Shown: one piece after another, positions 30,906 to 41,388 of the stretch
How positions within the stretch are numbered: position 1 is the stretch's first letter
Layout of the letters: every line of letters starts with the position of its first letter
Origin: an uncultured Actinomycetes bacterium
GTDB taxonomy: Bacteria; Actinomycetota; Acidimicrobiia; IMCC26256; PALSA-610
Assembly: GCA_963740835.1 (NCBI GenBank)
Contig: CAVUFH010000003.1
Location: 644,588 to 708,587, forward strand
Length of the DNA: 64,000 bases
Reading direction: 5' to 3'
The notes under the pieces: generated by a model
Told to the model about the DNA's origin: nothing
Database searches by the model: none
What the model saw: the letters and a program-made list of their open reading frames with translations, nothing else
Made by a program: the position numbers and the translations under genes

Positions 30906-33041
30906 GTGCCCGGACGCCCGTCCACCGCGGAGGTGGGCGTCCTTACAAGTGAGGCCCCCGTGTCGTTCATCGGAATCATCCTCGTCGTCGTCGTTGTCGG
31001 ATTTCTCGTCATCACGATCTTCTCGTCGTTCAACTCGATCGGCGCCACCGAAGTGGGGCTCGTCACCAAGCGCTTCTCGCTGAAGAAGCTCGGTGAGGAC
31101 AACCCGGTGGCGTTCCGCGGTGAGGCGGGCTACCAGGCGGAACTGCTCATGCCCGGCCTCCGCTTCAAGCTCTGGCCGCTGTACGGCGTGAAGAAGTTCC
31201 CGTGGGTGCAGGTGCCCGCGGGCCACATCGGGGTGGTGATCGCGCAAGCGGGCGCGCCGCTCCCGATCGGTGCCAAGAGCGGCACGTACAAGTCTGAGTT
31301 CGCGAACTTCTCCGACCTGCGCGCGTTCGTCGACAACGGCGGTCAGAAGGGTGTGCAGCGCCCGGTGCTGCCTCCGGGCACGCTGTTGCCGATCCACCCG
31401 GTCGCGTTCCTCGTGATCACAACCGGCAAGGTTTACGGCCAGTCGGTGTCGCCCGAGATGGTGCAGCGGGCCAAGACGACGGGTGGGGTCCTACAGCCGG
31501 AGTCCTTCGGGCTCGCGCCGGAGCAGCTGCAAGTGGTGGTGATTGCGCCGAATGGTCCGCAGGACATGATCGGCATCGTCACCACCCTCGACGGCAAGCC
31601 GCTGCCGTCCGGTGACATCGCGAACCGGCTCGGCGAGTTCGCTGACGTCATCGCGATGGAGACCGATCCCGCGATCACCGACTCGCAGATCATCGAGTTG
31701 CTGCTCGGCAGCAAGAACGAGCTGCACAACAACTTCCAGGACTTCCAGGCGTTCGTCGAGGGTGGCGGCCGCATCGGTCTGCAGCATGACCCGTTGCTCT
31801 ACGGCGCGTACCTGCTGAATCCGTTCCTCGTGCGCGTCGAGATGGTGCCCATGCTCGTCGTGAACCAGGGGCAGGTCGCGGTGGTCAAGGCCTACGTCGG
31901 CTTACCCACGCTCGACACCTCGGGTGCGGAGTTCAAGTTCGGCTCGATCGTGCGCCCGGGTCACCGCGGGATCTGGCAGGAGCCGTTGCGCACCGGCAAG
32001 TACCCGATCAACCCGCGCGTGTACGCAGCCGAGATCGTGCCGACGTCGATCCTGACGCTCAACTGGGCCGACGTCGTGTCGCAGGCGCACAACCTCGACG
32101 CGAATCTCTCGCCGATCGAAGCCAAGAGCCGCGAAGGGTTCGTGTTCAAGATCGATCTGCAGGTGCAGATCCACGTGCCCGACACCCGCGCGCCGAAGGT
32201 GATCTCGATGGTCGGCACCATGCAGAACCTCGTCAACGAGGTGCTGCAGTCGGCGGTCGGCAACCACTTCCGCAATACGTTGCAGAGCCTCGAAGCGGTG
32301 CGCTTCATCGAGACCCGCCAGCAGGTGCAGCTCTCCGCGTTCGAAGCGATCAGTGCATACCTCGCGGCATACGACGTCGAGACGCGCGGTGTCTACATCC
32401 AGGACGTGCAGTTCCCCCAAGAGCTCGTCGAGGTGCTGACGCAGCGCGAGATCGCGAACCAGGAGAAGGCCACGTTCGCCGAGAAGGAGCGGGCCGAGAT
32501 CACGCGCATCGAGATGGAACGGGCGCGTGGCACGGCGAACATGCAGGCACAGCTCGCGCAGTCACAGGTGACGATCGACATCGCCGCCAACGCCGCGCAA
32601 GCGCGCGAGGCGGAGGCGCGCGGCCAAGCCGCATATGTCGAGCTCACCGGACGGGCCGAGGCGACGAAGGTCGAGGCGGTGGGCCTCGCCGAAGCGGCCG
32701 CGGTCAAGGCGCTGGGCTTGGCGCGCGCGGCCGGCTTCGAAGCGCAGACGCAAGCGCTCGGCCAGATGCCGACCGCCATCGTCGCGGTCGCCAACGCGGT
32801 CTCCGACGGTCACATCACCGTCGTGCCCGAGGTCCTCGTGACCGGCGGCAACGGCGGCGGCGCGTTCGAAGGGCTCGCGGCCACGCTGATGCGCACCTTT
32901 GGCAATGGGGCGAACGCGAAGGGCGGCAACGGTGCGGCGCCGCCCACGATCGTGGTCCCCGAGCCGGGTGGCACGGTCGTCGCGGACGCAGAACCGGGCG
33001 AGACCGTCGTCGTGGAGGAAGCGCCCGAAACGCGAGCATGA
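30906..33041 (+). CDS. SPFH/band-7 (flotillin-like) membrane protein with a long C-terminal coiled-coil and Gly-rich tail
   Basis: N-terminal TM helix (IGIILVVVVVGFLVITIF), SPFH domain, an Ala/Glu/Arg-rich heptad region, and a GGNGGGAFEG tail. An alternative GTG start exists at 30960. Confidence 0.75.
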   Translation: MPGRPSTAEVGVLTSEAPVSFIGIILVVVVVGFLVITIFSSFNSIGATEVGLVTKRFSLKKLGEDNPVAFRGEAGYQAELLMPGLRFKLWPLYGVKKFPWVQVPAGHIGVVIAQAGAPLPIGAKSGTYKSEFANFSDLRAFVDNGGQKGVQRPVLPPGTLLPIHPVAFLVITTGKVYGQSVSPEMVQRAKTTGGVLQPESFGLAPEQLQVVVIAPNGPQDMIGIVTTLDGKPLPSGDIANRLGEFADVIAMETDPAITDSQIIELLLGSKNELHNNFQDFQAFVEGGGRIGLQHDPLLYGAYLLNPFLVRVEMVPMLVVNQGQVAVVKAYVGLPTLDTSGAEFKFGSIVRPGHRGIWQEPLRTGKYPINPRVYAAEIVPTSILTLNWADVVSQAHNLDANLSPIEAKSREGFVFKIDLQVQIHVPDTRAPKVISMVGTMQNLVNEVLQSAVGNHFRNTLQSLEAVRFIETRQQVQLSAFEAISAYLAAYDVETRGVYIQDVQFPQELVEVLTQREIANQEKATFAEKERAEITRIEMERARGTANMQAQLAQSQVTIDIAANAAQAREAEARGQAAYVELTGRAEATKVEAVGLAEAAAVKALGLARAAGFEAQTQALGQMPTAIVAVANAVSDGHITVVPEVLVTGGNGGGAFEGLAATLMRTFGNGANAKGGNGAAPPTIVVPEPGGTVVADAEPGETVVVEEAPETRA

Positions 33042-33080
33042 GCGTGGCGGCCGGCGTCCGCCGGTCGCTACGTTCGCTGC

Positions 33081-34349
33081 ATGGACTTCGAGCTCCCGCG
33101 TGAGCTGAGCGACTACCTGGTCGTGCTGGACGACTTCATCGAACGGGAGATCAGGCCGCTCGAGGAAGCCGACGACAACATCCGCTTCTTCGATCATCGC
33201 CGCGAGGACGCGCGCACGGATTGGGAACGCGGCGGGTTGCCGAACGCGGAGTGGGAAGCATTGCTGCGGGAGGCACGGCGCCGCGCCGACGCCGCCGGTC
33301 ATTACCGCTACCCGTTCCCCAAGCAGTACGGAGGCCAGGACGGCACCAACCTCGGGATGGCCGTCATCCGTGAACACCTCGCCCGCAAGGGACTCGGGCT
33401 GCACTGCGATCTGCAGAACGAGCACATGATCGTCGGCAACAACGTCGGTCTGTTGCTGATGATCAACTACGGCACCGAGGAGCAGAAGGCCGAGTGGATC
33501 GAGGTGCTTGCCGAAGGTCGTGGTGGATTCGCCTTCGGCATCACCGAACCCGCGCACGGTTCGGACGCGACGCACATGGAGACGGTCGCGGTCCGTGACG
33601 GCGACGAGTGGGTCATCAACGGCGAGAAGACATGGAACACCGGCATCCACGCGGCGCCGTACGACCTCATCTTCGCCCGGACGAGCGGCGTCGCCGGCGA
33701 CGGGCACGGGATCACCGCGTTCCTCGTTCCGACCGACAGCCCCGGCTTCGAGATCCTCGAGTTCCTGTGGACGTTCAACATGCCGACCGACCACGCGCAC
33801 ATCCGCCTCACCGATGTGCGGGTGCCGCACGCAGCCATCTTCGGCGGAGAGGGGCGCGGGCTCGGGGTCGTGCAGCACTTCTTCAACGAGAACCGCATCC
33901 GGCAAGCCGCGTCGAGCCTCGGTGCCGCGCAGTTCTGCATCGACCGGAGCGTCGAGTACGCCAAGCAGCGCGCGCCGTTCGGCATGCCGCTCGCGTCGAA
34001 TCAGGCGATCCAGTTCCCGCTCGTCGAGCTGCACACCCAGTGCGAGATGCTGCGGGCGTTGATTCACAAGACCGCGTGGGCGATGGACACCTCCGGTGCG
34101 TTCTCCGTGTCCGACAAGGTGTCGATGTGCAACTACTGGGCGAACCGGCTCTGCTGTGAGGCCGCCGACCGCGCCATGCAGGTGCACGGCGGACTCGGTT
34201 ATTCGCGGCACACGCCGTTCGAGCACATCTACCGGCACCACCGCCGCTATCGAATCACCGAGGGCAGCGAGGAGATACAGATGCGTCGAGTCGCCGGCTA
34301 CCTCTTCGGCTTCATGAAGCAGCAGGCACCGAAGGGGGTGGATGCATGA
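33081..34349 (+). CDS. Acyl-CoA dehydrogenase family protein
   Basis: 422 aa with the typical three-domain ACAD pattern (GSDA...WITNG-like WVINGEKTWNTG, C-terminal helices). Confidence 0.85.
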   Translation: MDFELPRELSDYLVVLDDFIEREIRPLEEADDNIRFFDHRREDARTDWERGGLPNAEWEALLREARRRADAAGHYRYPFPKQYGGQDGTNLGMAVIREHLARKGLGLHCDLQNEHMIVGNNVGLLLMINYGTEEQKAEWIEVLAEGRGGFAFGITEPAHGSDATHMETVAVRDGDEWVINGEKTWNTGIHAAPYDLIFARTSGVAGDGHGITAFLVPTDSPGFEILEFLWTFNMPTDHAHIRLTDVRVPHAAIFGGEGRGLGVVQHFFNENRIRQAASSLGAAQFCIDRSVEYAKQRAPFGMPLASNQAIQFPLVELHTQCEMLRALIHKTAWAMDTSGAFSVSDKVSMCNYWANRLCCEAADRAMQVHGGLGYSRHTPFEHIYRHHRRYRITEGSEEIQMRRVAGYLFGFMKQQAPKGVDA

Positions 34350-34434
34350 GCGAGCGCAAACGATGCGATGAGTACCGCGCCGAGCAGCGAGTGTGGCCCG
34401 AGCGGCCCGGCGCGCCGCGCCAGGAGCGGAGATC

Positions 34435-36387
34435 ATGAGCGACAGCGACGCGTCGAGTCCGTTCGTTGCCGCGATCGAACCGATCACGGCCGCGGACGGC
34501 GAGATCCGCGCCTTCCTCGCGGACGCCGAGATCCCGCCGCTGCTCCCCGCGATCGCCTACGCGACCGGCGACATGTCGCTGCTGAAGCCGGAGCTGCGAC
34601 CCGACCCGATGCTCGTCGGGATGCCGCAGGGCGGGCTGACCGAGGACCAGCAATCGGAAGCACGCGAGCTCGCCCTCGCCGCACTCGTCGCGTTCCGGGA
34701 CGCCGGGTGCCGGCCCGCGCCGCCGCCCGCCGACGACCAGCTGCTCGAGATCATGCGCTACGCGGTGGGCGGCGCGGAGATGACCGACTATCTGCCGCTG
34801 CTCGAGGAGGAGCTCGCCTATCGCGGCGAGGACCGCCGCGCGCCGAGCTGGAAGGCCGACGACATCGCCCCGGGCGTCGACTTCGTCGTGCTGATCATCG
34901 GTGCCGGCATGTCGGGGCTGCTGGCCGGGCACCGGTTGCAACAGTCCGGCGTCCCGTTCGTCATCCTCGAGAAGAACGACGACGTCGGCGGTACTTGGCT
35001 GGAGAACACCTATCCCGGTTGCCGCGTCGACAACCCGAACCACAACTACAGCTACGCGTTCGCGCAACGGCACGACTGGCCGCTCCACTTCTCGACACAG
35101 GACGTGTTGCTCGACTACTTCCGCCGCTGCGCGGACACGTTCCAGTTGCGCGAGCACATCCGGTTCGCGACCGAAGTCGTCGCCGCCGACTGGTCCGACG
35201 CAGCGCGCGCGTGGTCGGTGCGCGTCCGCGATCGTGAGGGCGACGAAGCGACGATCACGGTGAACGCGGTCGTGAGTGCGGTCGGCCAACTGAACCGCCC
35301 GTCGTTCCCCGACATCCCTGGGCGTGACTCCTATGCGGGCGTATCGTTCCACTCGGCGCAGTGGAACCACGACGTCGATCTCGGTGGCAAGCGCGTCGCC
35401 GTCATCGGCACGGGCGCGAGCGCCGTGCAGTTCATCCCCGAGATCGCGCCCGGCGTCGGTGATCTCCTCGTGTTCCAGCGCACGCCGCCGTGGTTCGGTC
35501 CGACCCCCGACTACCACGACCGTGTGTCGCCCGGTCTGCAGTGGCTCTACGGGCACGTGCCTTCGTACAGCGAGTGGAACCGGTTCTGGATCTTCTGGCG
35601 CATGGGTGACGGCGCGCTCGAGGGCGTGCGCGTCGATCCCGAATGGGAGCCGAAGGGCGCGGCGGTCAGCGCCGCGAACGACCTCGTGCGCATGGTGCTG
35701 ACCGGCTACCTCGGCATGGAGTTCGCCGATCGTCCCGACCTGCTCGAGCGCGTCGTCCCGGCGTACCCGCCCGGTGCGAAGCGCCTGTTGCGGGACAACG
35801 GGGTGTGGGCGCGGACGCTGAAGCGCGACAACGTGCAGTTGGTGACCAACGAGATTCGCGAGATCACGGTGAACGGCATCGTCACCGGCGACGGCGTCGA
35901 GCACCCCGTCGACGTGATCATCTACGGCACCGGCTTCCAGGCGTCGAAGTTCCTCACGCCCATGAAGGTGACCGGCCGCGCCGGCATCGACTTGCACGAG
36001 CAATGGGCCGGCGACGCGCGTGCCTACCTCGGTGTCACGATCCCCGGCTTCCCCAACCTGTTCTGCCTCTACGGCCCGAACACGAACATCGTCATCAACG
36101 GCAGCATCGTCTACTTCTCCGAGTGCGGCGTTCGCTACATCATGGGGTTGCTCGAGCAGACGCTCGTGGACGGCCACCGCGCGGTCGACGTCCGCAAGGA
36201 CGTGCACGATGAGTTCAACGAACGCGTCGACGCGCAGAACAAGCTGATGGCGTGGGGCTGGTCGGATGTGAACAGCTGGTACAAGAACGAGCACGGTCAC
36301 GTCGCGCAGAACTGGCCGTTCACCCTGCTCGAATACTGGCAGCGAACCTTGCGCGTCGACCCCGACGACTACGAGTTCCTCGACTGA
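34435..36387 (+). CDS. Flavin-containing / Baeyer-Villiger-type monooxygenase with an N-terminal extension
   Basis: Two dinucleotide folds (IIGAGMSGL; IGTGASAVQ) and the BVMO fingerprint YAGVSFHSAQWNHD (FxGxxxHxxxW[PD]-like). The start is taken at MSDSDASS. Confidence 0.75.
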   Translation: MSDSDASSPFVAAIEPITAADGEIRAFLADAEIPPLLPAIAYATGDMSLLKPELRPDPMLVGMPQGGLTEDQQSEARELALAALVAFRDAGCRPAPPPADDQLLEIMRYAVGGAEMTDYLPLLEEELAYRGEDRRAPSWKADDIAPGVDFVVLIIGAGMSGLLAGHRLQQSGVPFVILEKNDDVGGTWLENTYPGCRVDNPNHNYSYAFAQRHDWPLHFSTQDVLLDYFRRCADTFQLREHIRFATEVVAADWSDAARAWSVRVRDREGDEATITVNAVVSAVGQLNRPSFPDIPGRDSYAGVSFHSAQWNHDVDLGGKRVAVIGTGASAVQFIPEIAPGVGDLLVFQRTPPWFGPTPDYHDRVSPGLQWLYGHVPSYSEWNRFWIFWRMGDGALEGVRVDPEWEPKGAAVSAANDLVRMVLTGYLGMEFADRPDLLERVVPAYPPGAKRLLRDNGVWARTLKRDNVQLVTNEIREITVNGIVTGDGVEHPVDVIIYGTGFQASKFLTPMKVTGRAGIDLHEQWAGDARAYLGVTIPGFPNLFCLYGPNTNIVINGSIVYFSECGVRYIMGLLEQTLVDGHRAVDVRKDVHDEFNERVDAQNKLMAWGWSDVNSWYKNEHGHVAQNWPFTLLEYWQRTLRVDPDDYEFLD

Positions 36388-36438
36388 GGGTTTTGGCGAC
36401 AGATGGCGACCGGATCGGTCGCCGATTGTCGCCAAAAC

Positions 36439-37599
36439 CTACGCGGTGATGCGGAAGAGGTCGCGGGCGTTGCCGCCGAGGAACGCGTCGCGGTGCGAGC
36501 CGGGAAGCGACGCGACAAGGCCGTCGAGATCGTGGACGTACGCCGGCGTGTGGTCCGCGTGCGGGAAGTCCGACGCCCACATGAAGCGGTCACCGAAGCG
36601 TTCGACGAGCGCCGCGATCGTGCGCTCGTCCGGGTCGCACGAGATCCAACAGCGATCGCGGAAGTAATCGCTCGGTCGGTGCTCGAGCGGAACCCGTGTG
36701 CCGATGAACGTGTGGCCGTAGACCGCGTCGATGCGGTCGAGCCAGTAGCCGATCCAACCGCCGCCGGACTCGAGCACGATCACGCGCAGCCGGGGAAACT
36801 TGTCGAAGACGCCGTAGTCGAACAGCGTCGTGAATTGCTGCCGCACGCCGTCAGAGGCGGTGACCGATGCGAGCAGGCGCAGCTGCTTGACGTTCTCCCA
36901 CGGACCCATGCGCGCGCCTTTCGTCCATTGCGGCTCGAACGTCGGATGGATCGCGAACGGCACGTCGAGGTCCTGGGCGGCGGCGAAGACGGCGTCGTTG
37001 GCGGGATGTCCGAGCGGGCGACGGTCGTGCGTGAACGGCGCGACGTACGCGCCGCGCGCACCTTCGGCGACGGCGCGTTCCAGTTCCCGAGCGGCCGCGA
37101 CCGGATCCGCGAGCGAGAGGTGCGCGGTCGGAACGAGGCGCGGGCTGCCGGCGCAGAACTCGCAGATCCAGCGGTTGTACGCGCGGGTGTACGCCTGTGC
37201 GAGCTCGGGGTCGTCGAGCTCGGCTTCCCAGAGGAGCCCGACCGTCGTGTACAGCACGACCGCGTCGATGCCCTCGGCGTCGAGCACTTCCAACCGCTCG
37301 GACGGATCCATGCTCCCGTACGGGGCTTCGCGCAGGTAGGTGCGTTCCGGGTCGAGTTGCATCGCGCGCAGATCGGGATCACCCATTGCGCCGAGCGTCG
37401 ACGGGAAGCCCTTGCGGCTCATGATCGACGGTTTGCCACCGATTTCGAGCGCCTCGAGCCCGGCGGCGTCGCGCACGAGGCGCAGCGCCCGATCCCGGTA
37501 CTGCGGTTCCAGGTACGACTCCCAGAGATCGGGCGGTTCGAGGATGTGCCCGTCGGCGTCGACGGCACCGGCGAACGACAGCTGCTCGGTGACGTGCAT
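36439..37599 (-). CDS. Amidohydrolase-2 family metal-dependent hydrolase (ACMSD-like)
   Basis: N-terminal DADGHILEP motif and a C-terminal WASDFPHxD-like motif. Confidence 0.75.
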   Translation of the reverse strand: MHVTEQLSFAGAVDADGHILEPPDLWESYLEPQYRDRALRLVRDAAGLEALEIGGKPSIMSRKGFPSTLGAMGDPDLRAMQLDPERTYLREAPYGSMDPSERLEVLDAEGIDAVVLYTTVGLLWEAELDDPELAQAYTRAYNRWICEFCAGSPRLVPTAHLSLADPVAAARELERAVAEGARGAYVAPFTHDRRPLGHPANDAVFAAAQDLDVPFAIHPTFEPQWTKGARMGPWENVKQLRLLASVTASDGVRQQFTTLFDYGVFDKFPRLRVIVLESGGGWIGYWLDRIDAVYGHTFIGTRVPLEHRPSDYFRDRCWISCDPDERTIAALVERFGDRFMWASDFPHADHTPAYVHDLDGLVASLPGSHRDAFLGGNARDLFRITA

Positions 37600-37666
37600 C
37601 GGCTTGGCCACGACACCTTCGTATCCGCTCGTCGGTCGGCGCGCCACCCCCCGTTGGCACGGTCCT

Positions 37667-39409
37667 CTACGCGTGGCTCTTGGCCCGCGCCGGCGCGGCT
37701 TCCTCGCGGCCGTCGCAGTCGGCGGGCGCGCCGTCACGGTTCTTGTCCAACGGCAGGAACGCCTCCGCGCTGAGCGCGGCGATCGCGACGGGGACGATCT
37801 CGGTGAGCGAGCCGAAGAGCAGGTAGCGCGGCACCCAGCGCGGGTGGAACTTCGCGTTGAACGACAGCAGCGACTCGATCTGGAAGTAGGGGCTTAGCCG
37901 GCGCAACGCCCACGCCTCCGCGGCCTCGGCGGCCGACAACTTGGCGTCCTCGCACAGGATCTCCCGGGCGACTGCGAAGTTGAGCGACACCTCGTCGATG
38001 CCGTGAGCGCGTGCCCACGTGATCGTCTCGACGATCATCCGTTCGTTTACGCCGTTGACGCCCACGTTGTCGCGGCGCATCGCGTCGAGCGACAGCGCGT
38101 GGCCGGCCTTGCACGGGATGTAGCGCTGGAACGCGAACGGCGCGCCGGTCGCGTCGCGCGCGACCAATACGAGCGCGTCCGGATGCCGGCCTTCGAGCAG
38201 GCCGTCGAGCGCCATCGAGAAGCCGCGCTCGGCCTGTTCGCCGCGGTGACGGTCCGCGATGCCGATCAGCGCCCGGCGCAGGGTCGGGTCGAGCGCGCCC
38301 TCCCGATAGACCTCGCAGGTGATCCCGTGGTTGATCGTGCGGTTCGTCGCCTGGCGGACCGGCCGCATGTCACGACCGTCGAGGGTGAACGTCGCGGTAT
38401 CGATGATCGCTTCGTCGCCGAGGTAGAGCTCGCGCAGGCGGCCGGCTTCGTACGCGTCGAGCCGGTCGCGGCGAGCGCCGAGCACCGCGACCCGCCAGCC
38501 CTGCCCTTCGCAGAGGTCGTAGAACATCCGGAAGGCGTCCGCGAACGATTCGGGATCGCCGACCGGGTCGCCCGACATGAGTCCGACACCGCGCACGTAG
38601 CGGTACGCGACGGCCGCGCGCCCGTCTGCGGAGAACACGTAGTGCTTGTCGTGGCGCAGCGCGAACGCGTCGAGCGTGTCACCGTCGGGCCGGTTCATGA
38701 GGTTGCGGACCCGCTCACGCGCGAGCGGATCGGCGACCGTCCGCTCCGCGACCGGAGCGAGCACGATCAACAAGAGGAGGATCACGCCGGCGATCCCGAC
38801 GACCGTGATCGAGGCGGGGAACCACTGCCCGAACCGACCGTGCATCTGCAGCCCGCCGCTCAGACCGATGAGTCGCGCCGCGACATCCTGGATCGCGTTG
38901 GTCACCGTCAGCGGCTGGACGACGGCGGAGCGCCGCAGGAGCAGCCCGGCGAGACCGTACGCGAACATCAGGCCGACGACGACGGGGACCGTGCGCGCGA
39001 TGGAGTGCAAGCGCGCGGGCGCGACCGGAACCGTGAAGAGTTGGCGCCAGCGTACGAGCGTCACCGCGGCGATGAGCGCGATGATCGCCTCTTCGATGTC
39101 GAGACCCTTGACGATGTGGGTGACGGTCGAGACGACCAGGAGGACGAGCGCCATCCGGTACGCGAGCTTGCGCCGGTGCACGAGCCCGCGGCCGATGAGC
39201 AGCAGCGCGAGGCCGACGAGCGCGGTCGCGCCGGCCGCGGTCTCGCGCACTGAGGGCGTGACGTAGCCGGAGATCAACTCGAAGCGATGGTCGACCGCGG
39301 GTGTGAGCGCGGAGCCGATGTCGATGAGACCGACCGCAGCGACGAAGCACCCGAGCAACCGGGCCCGCGTGCGGGCGTCGATGCGGGATCTCGCCATCGG
39401 ATGAAGCAA
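37667..39409 (-). CDS. Membrane protein with C-terminal DUF2156 (aminoacyl-phosphatidylglycerol synthase / MprF C-terminal-like) domain
   Basis: About 6 N-terminal TM helices followed by a roughly 300-aa soluble domain whose pattern resembles the lysyl-PG synthase C-domain. No N-terminal flippase-sized domain is present. Confidence 0.6.
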   Translation of the reverse strand: MLHPMARSRIDARTRARLLGCFVAAVGLIDIGSALTPAVDHRFELISGYVTPSVRETAAGATALVGLALLLIGRGLVHRRKLAYRMALVLLVVSTVTHIVKGLDIEEAIIALIAAVTLVRWRQLFTVPVAPARLHSIARTVPVVVGLMFAYGLAGLLLRRSAVVQPLTVTNAIQDVAARLIGLSGGLQMHGRFGQWFPASITVVGIAGVILLLLIVLAPVAERTVADPLARERVRNLMNRPDGDTLDAFALRHDKHYVFSADGRAAVAYRYVRGVGLMSGDPVGDPESFADAFRMFYDLCEGQGWRVAVLGARRDRLDAYEAGRLRELYLGDEAIIDTATFTLDGRDMRPVRQATNRTINHGITCEVYREGALDPTLRRALIGIADRHRGEQAERGFSMALDGLLEGRHPDALVLVARDATGAPFAFQRYIPCKAGHALSLDAMRRDNVGVNGVNERMIVETITWARAHGIDEVSLNFAVAREILCEDAKLSAAEAAEAWALRRLSPYFQIESLLSFNAKFHPRWVPRYLLFGSLTEIVPVAIAALSAEAFLPLDKNRDGAPADCDGREEAAPARAKSHA

Positions 39410-39511
39410 ACCGACCTCAGAACGTGCGCCGGGACCAGCCCCGATGTCAGGGACGGTACTGCGCTTCCCCTATCGGCCTCGATCAGCGGAAGTCGCGGGT
39501 CTGAGGACGCC

Positions 39512-40849
39512 TCACGTGCCGGCGTCGACGATCGGGCGTCCGGCGACGACGCGCATGGGCGCGATGTGGAGGTACCGGCTGCTCGGGTAGCCGACGTTCG
39601 GCTGCGAGTACGCGTGGAACGCGACCTGCAATTGCCCGGCGGCGTCCCGGAACACCTCGGCGCCGCCCGGCCCGGCCAGCTTCGACGCCGAACTGAGCAC
39701 CCGGTTCTCGGGCGGTTTGGTGCACGGGCCGGAGGGGCCGGCGCAGATCGCGTAGGCGGTCGTGTACGCCGGCGACTGCCAGTCGGCGGCTGAATAAAGG
39801 AGAACATAGGTGCCACCGGCGAGCACGAGCGACGGCCCTTCGACGTTGCGCCGTTCGAATGCGCGGTCGGCGGCGAGCAAGCGGTGCGGCGCACCGGTGA
39901 CGCCGCGACCGTCCGCCGTCAGCTCCTGCGACCACAGCGCGGCGCCGGTCCCTTCCTCCTTCCAGAGGATGTAGGCGCGACCGTCGGCATCGACGAACGG
40001 GCTCGGGTCGATGTCGCCACCACCGGCGCACAGGATCGGTCCCCACGAGTCGTCGACGAAGGGCCCGGCCGGCGACTTCGACACGGCGCGCGTGATGCAT
40101 TGACCGTTGGTGATGTTGTTGCGCGTCGTGTAGTAGAGGACGAACGACCCGTTGCGCGCGAGTACCGAGGGCGCCCACGTGGTCCCGGGCCGAGCCCATC
40201 CCGGCAGTACCGGGAGCGCGTTGCCGACGAGCTGCCACGTCATCAGATCCTTCGAACTGATCACCTGGACGTCGCCGGCGCCGGAGTTCGTCGAGTACGC
40301 GTAGTACGTGTCACCGGCGCGCAGCACGAACGGATCGGGGAAGTCGTACGGGAACCGCGCACCCGTTGCGTAGGCAAGCGTGCGGGTGCAGGAGTCGGCC
40401 GAGAACCGGAGTGCCGAGACCGCCGTCGCCGCGTCACCTGCGCGGTTGGCAGCGACCGCGCTCGAGACGCCGGCGAGGCACACGTTGGTCTGGGTTGCGT
40501 TCGTCGCGAGAAGGAAGCGGTCCGTGTTCGCCTGCTCGAGCGAGCTCTGCACCGAGGCGATGTCGGCGCGGGTGTTCTGCGTGACGGCGTCCATCCAGGT
40601 GCGCGCCGCGGTCGCCGCCACGATCTCGGAACGGGTGGCGGCGATCGCCTTCTCGGTCAGCCCACTGACGTCTCGCGCGTCGTCGACACTCGCAGCCGAC
40701 CTCGCGAGCGTGGCGCGCGCGGCCGCGAGGTCGACGCGGTGGTCGTGCAGGCGCGTACCGGCGCGGCCGTACTGAACGCCGAAGGTCACCGCGGCCGCGA
40801 TCATGAGCATCGCCGCGATCGCGATTGCGATGACGGCACGCGCCCTCAC
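39512..40849 (-). CDS. Membrane-anchored glycoside hydrolase family 43 protein
   Basis: The catalytic region carries DPF (FPDPFVLRAGDTYYAYST) and later Asp/Glu motifs. The N-terminus has a TM helix and a coiled-coil. The GTG start overlaps the upstream gene's stop (GTGA). Confidence 0.75.
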   Translation of the reverse strand: MRARAVIAIAIAAMLMIAAAVTFGVQYGRAGTRLHDHRVDLAAARATLARSAASVDDARDVSGLTEKAIAATRSEIVAATAARTWMDAVTQNTRADIASVQSSLEQANTDRFLLATNATQTNVCLAGVSSAVAANRAGDAATAVSALRFSADSCTRTLAYATGARFPYDFPDPFVLRAGDTYYAYSTNSGAGDVQVISSKDLMTWQLVGNALPVLPGWARPGTTWAPSVLARNGSFVLYYTTRNNITNGQCITRAVSKSPAGPFVDDSWGPILCAGGGDIDPSPFVDADGRAYILWKEEGTGAALWSQELTADGRGVTGAPHRLLAADRAFERRNVEGPSLVLAGGTYVLLYSAADWQSPAYTTAYAICAGPSGPCTKPPENRVLSSASKLAGPGGAEVFRDAAGQLQVAFHAYSQPNVGYPSSRYLHIAPMRVVAGRPIVDAGT

Positions 40850-41388
40850 AACGAAGCTCCGACCCGCGCGCAGGTGCCTTCGGCGCGTTGCACGGTGCGG
40901 GCCAGGCCTCCGAAATCGCCGACGCCGGCCTGGTTCAACGCTTGGGCGACGCCGAGCAGACACTGGCCGAGGACGTCGAGTTGCGCGCGCCGCGCCTCCA
41001 GATCCGTGGTGGCGGCTGCGAGATCCGTCTGCAAGCCGGTGAGCTCCGCGCCCGCGGCGACGAGCGCCTTCGCGACGGCATCGCGTTCACGTTTGCTGCC
41101 CCCGAGCGCGGCACGCGTCGCAACGAGCGCCGCCTGCGCGGCCGTGAGCCCGCGCCGGGCGAGCGCGAGATCGGCGCGGCTGCGCGCGATGTCGAGTCGC
41201 GTTGCATCTACGGCTGCGCTCGTGCGGTCGATCGCGTCGCGCCGCGCGATCCATGCGTGCGCCCCGACGCCGGCCGCGGCACAGACGACGGCGATGGTCG
41301 CGACGATGGCGACCGATCGCCGCCCGGCCCGGGATCGCAGCCGGTGCCGCGTCCGGACGGTCGCGGCGGCCGCGAGTGTGTCGATGCT
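40846..41388 (-). CDS. Hypothetical membrane-anchored coiled-coil protein, paralogous to the N-terminal stalk of the adjacent GH43
   Basis: TM helix AIVATIAVVCAAAGVGAHAWIA followed by an Ala/Arg/Leu-rich coiled region. The same architecture and composition are seen in the GH43 N-terminal 170 aa. Confidence 0.45.
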   Translation of the reverse strand, partial: SIDTLAAAATVRTRHRLRSRAGRRSVAIVATIAVVCAAAGVGAHAWIARRDAIDRTSAAVDATRLDIARSRADLALARRGLTAAQAALVATRAALGGSKRERDAVAKALVAAGAELTGLQTDLAAATTDLEARRAQLDVLGQCLLGVAQALNQAGVGDFGGLARTVQRAEGTCARVGASL

